Shown here: piece by piece, positions 62,356-64,000 of the stretch
Layout: every line of letters begins with the position of its first letter
Numbering within the stretch: the first letter of the stretch is position 1
Source of the DNA: a virus
Taxonomy: Duplodnaviria; Heunggongvirae; Uroviricota; Caudoviricetes
DNA length: 64,000 nt
IMG/VR virus record: IMGVR_UViG_3300025782_000009
Strand: one strand, 5' to 3'
Made by a program: the position numbers and the translations under genes
The notes under the pieces: model-generated
Database searches by the model: none
Told to the model about the DNA's origin: nothing
What the model saw: the letters and a program-made list of their open reading frames with translations, nothing else

Positions 62356-62559
62356 TTATTCGTTGTCTTCGTCTTCCTTGAAACGCTGCATCATGGTGTC
62401 TATCTCTCCTTTGCAAAGGGACAAGCCCTTGAAGACACCACACATTTCAGAATACTCGGCATAGTCCCTGGCGCTTTTGCCGGACAATGCAATTGCATAT
62501 TGATCTTCGATCTGCTTGATCTTTACCAATAGATGTTCAAGTATTTTCTGTTCCATCAT
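62356..62559 (-). CDS. Hypothetical small acidic protein (67 aa)
   Basis: ORF with ATGA coupling. Confidence 0.45.
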   Translation of the reverse strand: MMEQKILEHLLVKIKQIEDQYAIALSGKSARDYAEYSEMCGVFKGLSLCKGEIDTMMQRFKEDEDNE

Positions 62560-62969
62560 TCATCCTTTTTAGGCTCTGGTTTTTTAACATTCTGAGCCTT
62601 GGCCTGTTGCTCAGCTTGCCTTTCACGGATCTCATTCATCTTCTTAGCCGTTTGTTCAGCTAACGTCATACGCTGCATTTCTTGGGCTTCTCTAATCCTA
62701 GCCATCTGCTGATCTTGATTCATTTTCTGCGCGTGTTGCTCTTGCAGCATCTGTAAATCAAGCGCGTGTTGTTGCTGGTTGTGCATCAAATTTTGCTGAG
62801 CCTCTGCGATCTTTTTCTGCTCTTCAATTGCAGGATTTGGCCCGGCTTTTTGTTGAGCTTGTTGAGCTTTGATCTGCAACTCCTGCTGCTTGATAGCCAA
62901 GTCTCCATCGACTTTCTTAGCCTTGGTTTGTGCTTCCATCTGAGCAATTTGCAACTCAGCTTGTTGCAT
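62556..62969 (-). CDS. Q/A/K-rich coiled-coil protein (137 aa); second scaffolding-like protein
   Basis: Low-complexity helical sequence such as QQELQIKAQQAQQKA.... Confidence 0.5.
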   Translation of the reverse strand: MQQAELQIAQMEAQTKAKKVDGDLAIKQQELQIKAQQAQQKAGPNPAIEEQKKIAEAQQNLMHNQQQHALDLQMLQEQHAQKMNQDQQMARIREAQEMQRMTLAEQTAKKMNEIRERQAEQQAKAQNVKKPEPKKDE

Positions 62970-63080
62970 TTGGACAAGTGGATCTTGAGCTTGCTGCTGG
63001 GCTTGCTGCTGCGCGGCTTGACCTTTGCTCTGCTGTAAAACTTGCTGAGCAGCTTGTGCTGTGAGCTGAGAGATTTGAAC

Positions 63081-64000
63081 CTAAAGCTCTTGTGGCATAT
63101 CCTCATCTGGAGCAGGTAGCGTAGCACCCAGTTGCTGTTGGATCTTATTCCTATACTGGAATGCCAAGTGCTCAGAGATATGAGCCATGATGGCTGCACC
63201 CATCTGTTGCCCCATAGGACTTTGACCAATTTGCGCCTGGAGTAGCGGGTCTTGCATCATTGCCTGGTGAACCGCGATATGTGCATCGTGATCCTGATAC
63301 ATAAACGCCTTGGTTGGTTTTCCTTTTAAGAAAGCCATGTTCTCTGATATTGGATCTCTTGGTTTTTGATCGTCTTCAGTTGGAACAATATCCTCGGCGT
63401 TGGGTATACCAATCACATCAAGCATTTGCCTGTGTAACTTGGGAAGATTGTAGATTTGGGGCGCTTGCTGGGCCATCTGCATTGCAGCTTGGTACTGCAT
63501 GAGCCTTTGCGCCATCGTAGAACTGTTGGGATCACTGACTGGTATAACTTCAACCATGTCGTAATCACTTTGCTTTGCGCTTTTATCTGCTTTCTCAGGG
63601 TTGTATTCATAATCCCTAGGAGCAAAGTCGCGAATCATTGGCTTGAGCAGTTTGAATTCCTGCTTCATAGAGTAATGAACCCTAGCCTGTACCGCGCTCA
63701 TCGTCTTAAGTTGTCTTTCGAGTAGAGCAAGCGTAGTTCCGACCGGCGCATTAGCAGACATATCGCTAATGTTCATGTCAGATATAGCGCCAAGCTTCCT
63801 TGCCTCGTCAGTAATAGAAGCAAGCAACGCACTGAGTACGGAACTTGGCTCTTTATAAGGCAAGGTCATTATGTTATCTTTGATTGACCCGCCAGGAACG
63901 TCAACATCCCTGAATTCGCCCGGTGCAATCGGGGTATCGTCCCCTTTTACGCGCAATCCGCGAGCTTTTAGACCGCCAGGTAGGTTAGCCAATGATCCAG
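63081..64000 (-). CDS. Portal protein, C-terminal part; the CDS continues beyond the window end
   Basis: It is the first gene of the head module upstream of the scaffolds and has an acidic C-terminal tail PAPDEDMPQEL. The ORF is open to the window edge. Confidence 0.5.
   Translation of the reverse strand, partial: GSLANLPGGLKARGLRVKGDDTPIAPGEFRDVDVPGGSIKDNIMTLPYKEPSSVLSALLASITDEARKLGAISDMNISDMSANAPVGTTLALLERQLKTMSAVQARVHYSMKQEFKLLKPMIRDFAPRDYEYNPEKADKSAKQSDYDMVEVIPVSDPNSSTMAQRLMQYQAAMQMAQQAPQIYNLPKLHRQMLDVIGIPNAEDIVPTEDDQKPRDPISENMAFLKGKPTKAFMYQDHDAHIAVHQAMMQDPLLQAQIGQSPMGQQMGAAIMAHISEHLAFQYRNKIQQQLGATLPAPDEDMPQEL

Noticed and set aside
24370-63725. Numerous plus-strand ORFs of 60-190 aa inside the late region (for example 25248..25802, 48332..48913, 55483..55851, 61663..62055)
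   Set aside because: All lie antisense within long, well-supported minus-strand structural genes. Their composition is typical of reverse-frame artefacts of S/T/G/A-rich genes.
1-64000. CRISPR arrays, integrase/attP, reverse transcriptase/DGR, toxin-antitoxin pairs
   Set aside because: No regularly spaced short direct repeats, no tyrosine or serine recombinase motifs, and no RT motifs were found on either strand.

Overview
The window looks like a near-complete, circularly permuted genome of a tailed dsDNA bacteriophage. A partial terminase large subunit runs off the left edge (1..369, minus strand) and a partial portal runs off the right edge (63081..64000, minus strand). The canonical order terS-terL-portal-scaffold-capsid is recovered if the two ends are joined.

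Transcription modules, left to right:
- Divergent control region at 1471-1705.
- Plus-strand early operon of about 20 tiny genes (1706-5602). It contains two canonical type I hammerhead self-cleaving ribozymes placed directly after stop codons.
- One long, translationally coupled minus-strand operon (16329 down to 5585). It holds small genes, a ParB-like nuclease, a roughly 3-kb array of mosaic small-protein cassettes sharing a C-terminal WVGLTDEE...KEKNT module, an SF2 helicase, an orphan cytosine-C5 DNA methyltransferase and a TOPRIM primase.
- An 850-bp non-coding region with a large inverted repeat.
- A small VRR-NUC nuclease gene behind a perfect 14-bp palindrome.
- Plus-strand recombination and repair module (17675-24049): Cas4/RecB-like exonuclease, RtcB RNA ligase, SPFH/prohibitin protein, ERF-family annealing protein, SSB-tail protein, ribbon-helix-helix (RHH) protein, small HNH.
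- A 40-kb minus-strand late operon (63992 down to 24033). It holds portal, scaffolds, a GroES-like protein, an HK97-fold major capsid protein, His-rich and KGG-motif basic proteins, many S/T/G-rich tail-fibre paralogues, a lysis cassette in the middle (holin candidates, GH19 endolysin, Rz with embedded Rz1, plus an extra Cys-rich lipoprotein) and four giant proteins (801, 794, 857 and 2000 aa), the last carrying an HExxH motif.

No integrase, tRNA, CRISPR array, reverse transcriptase or DNA polymerase was found.
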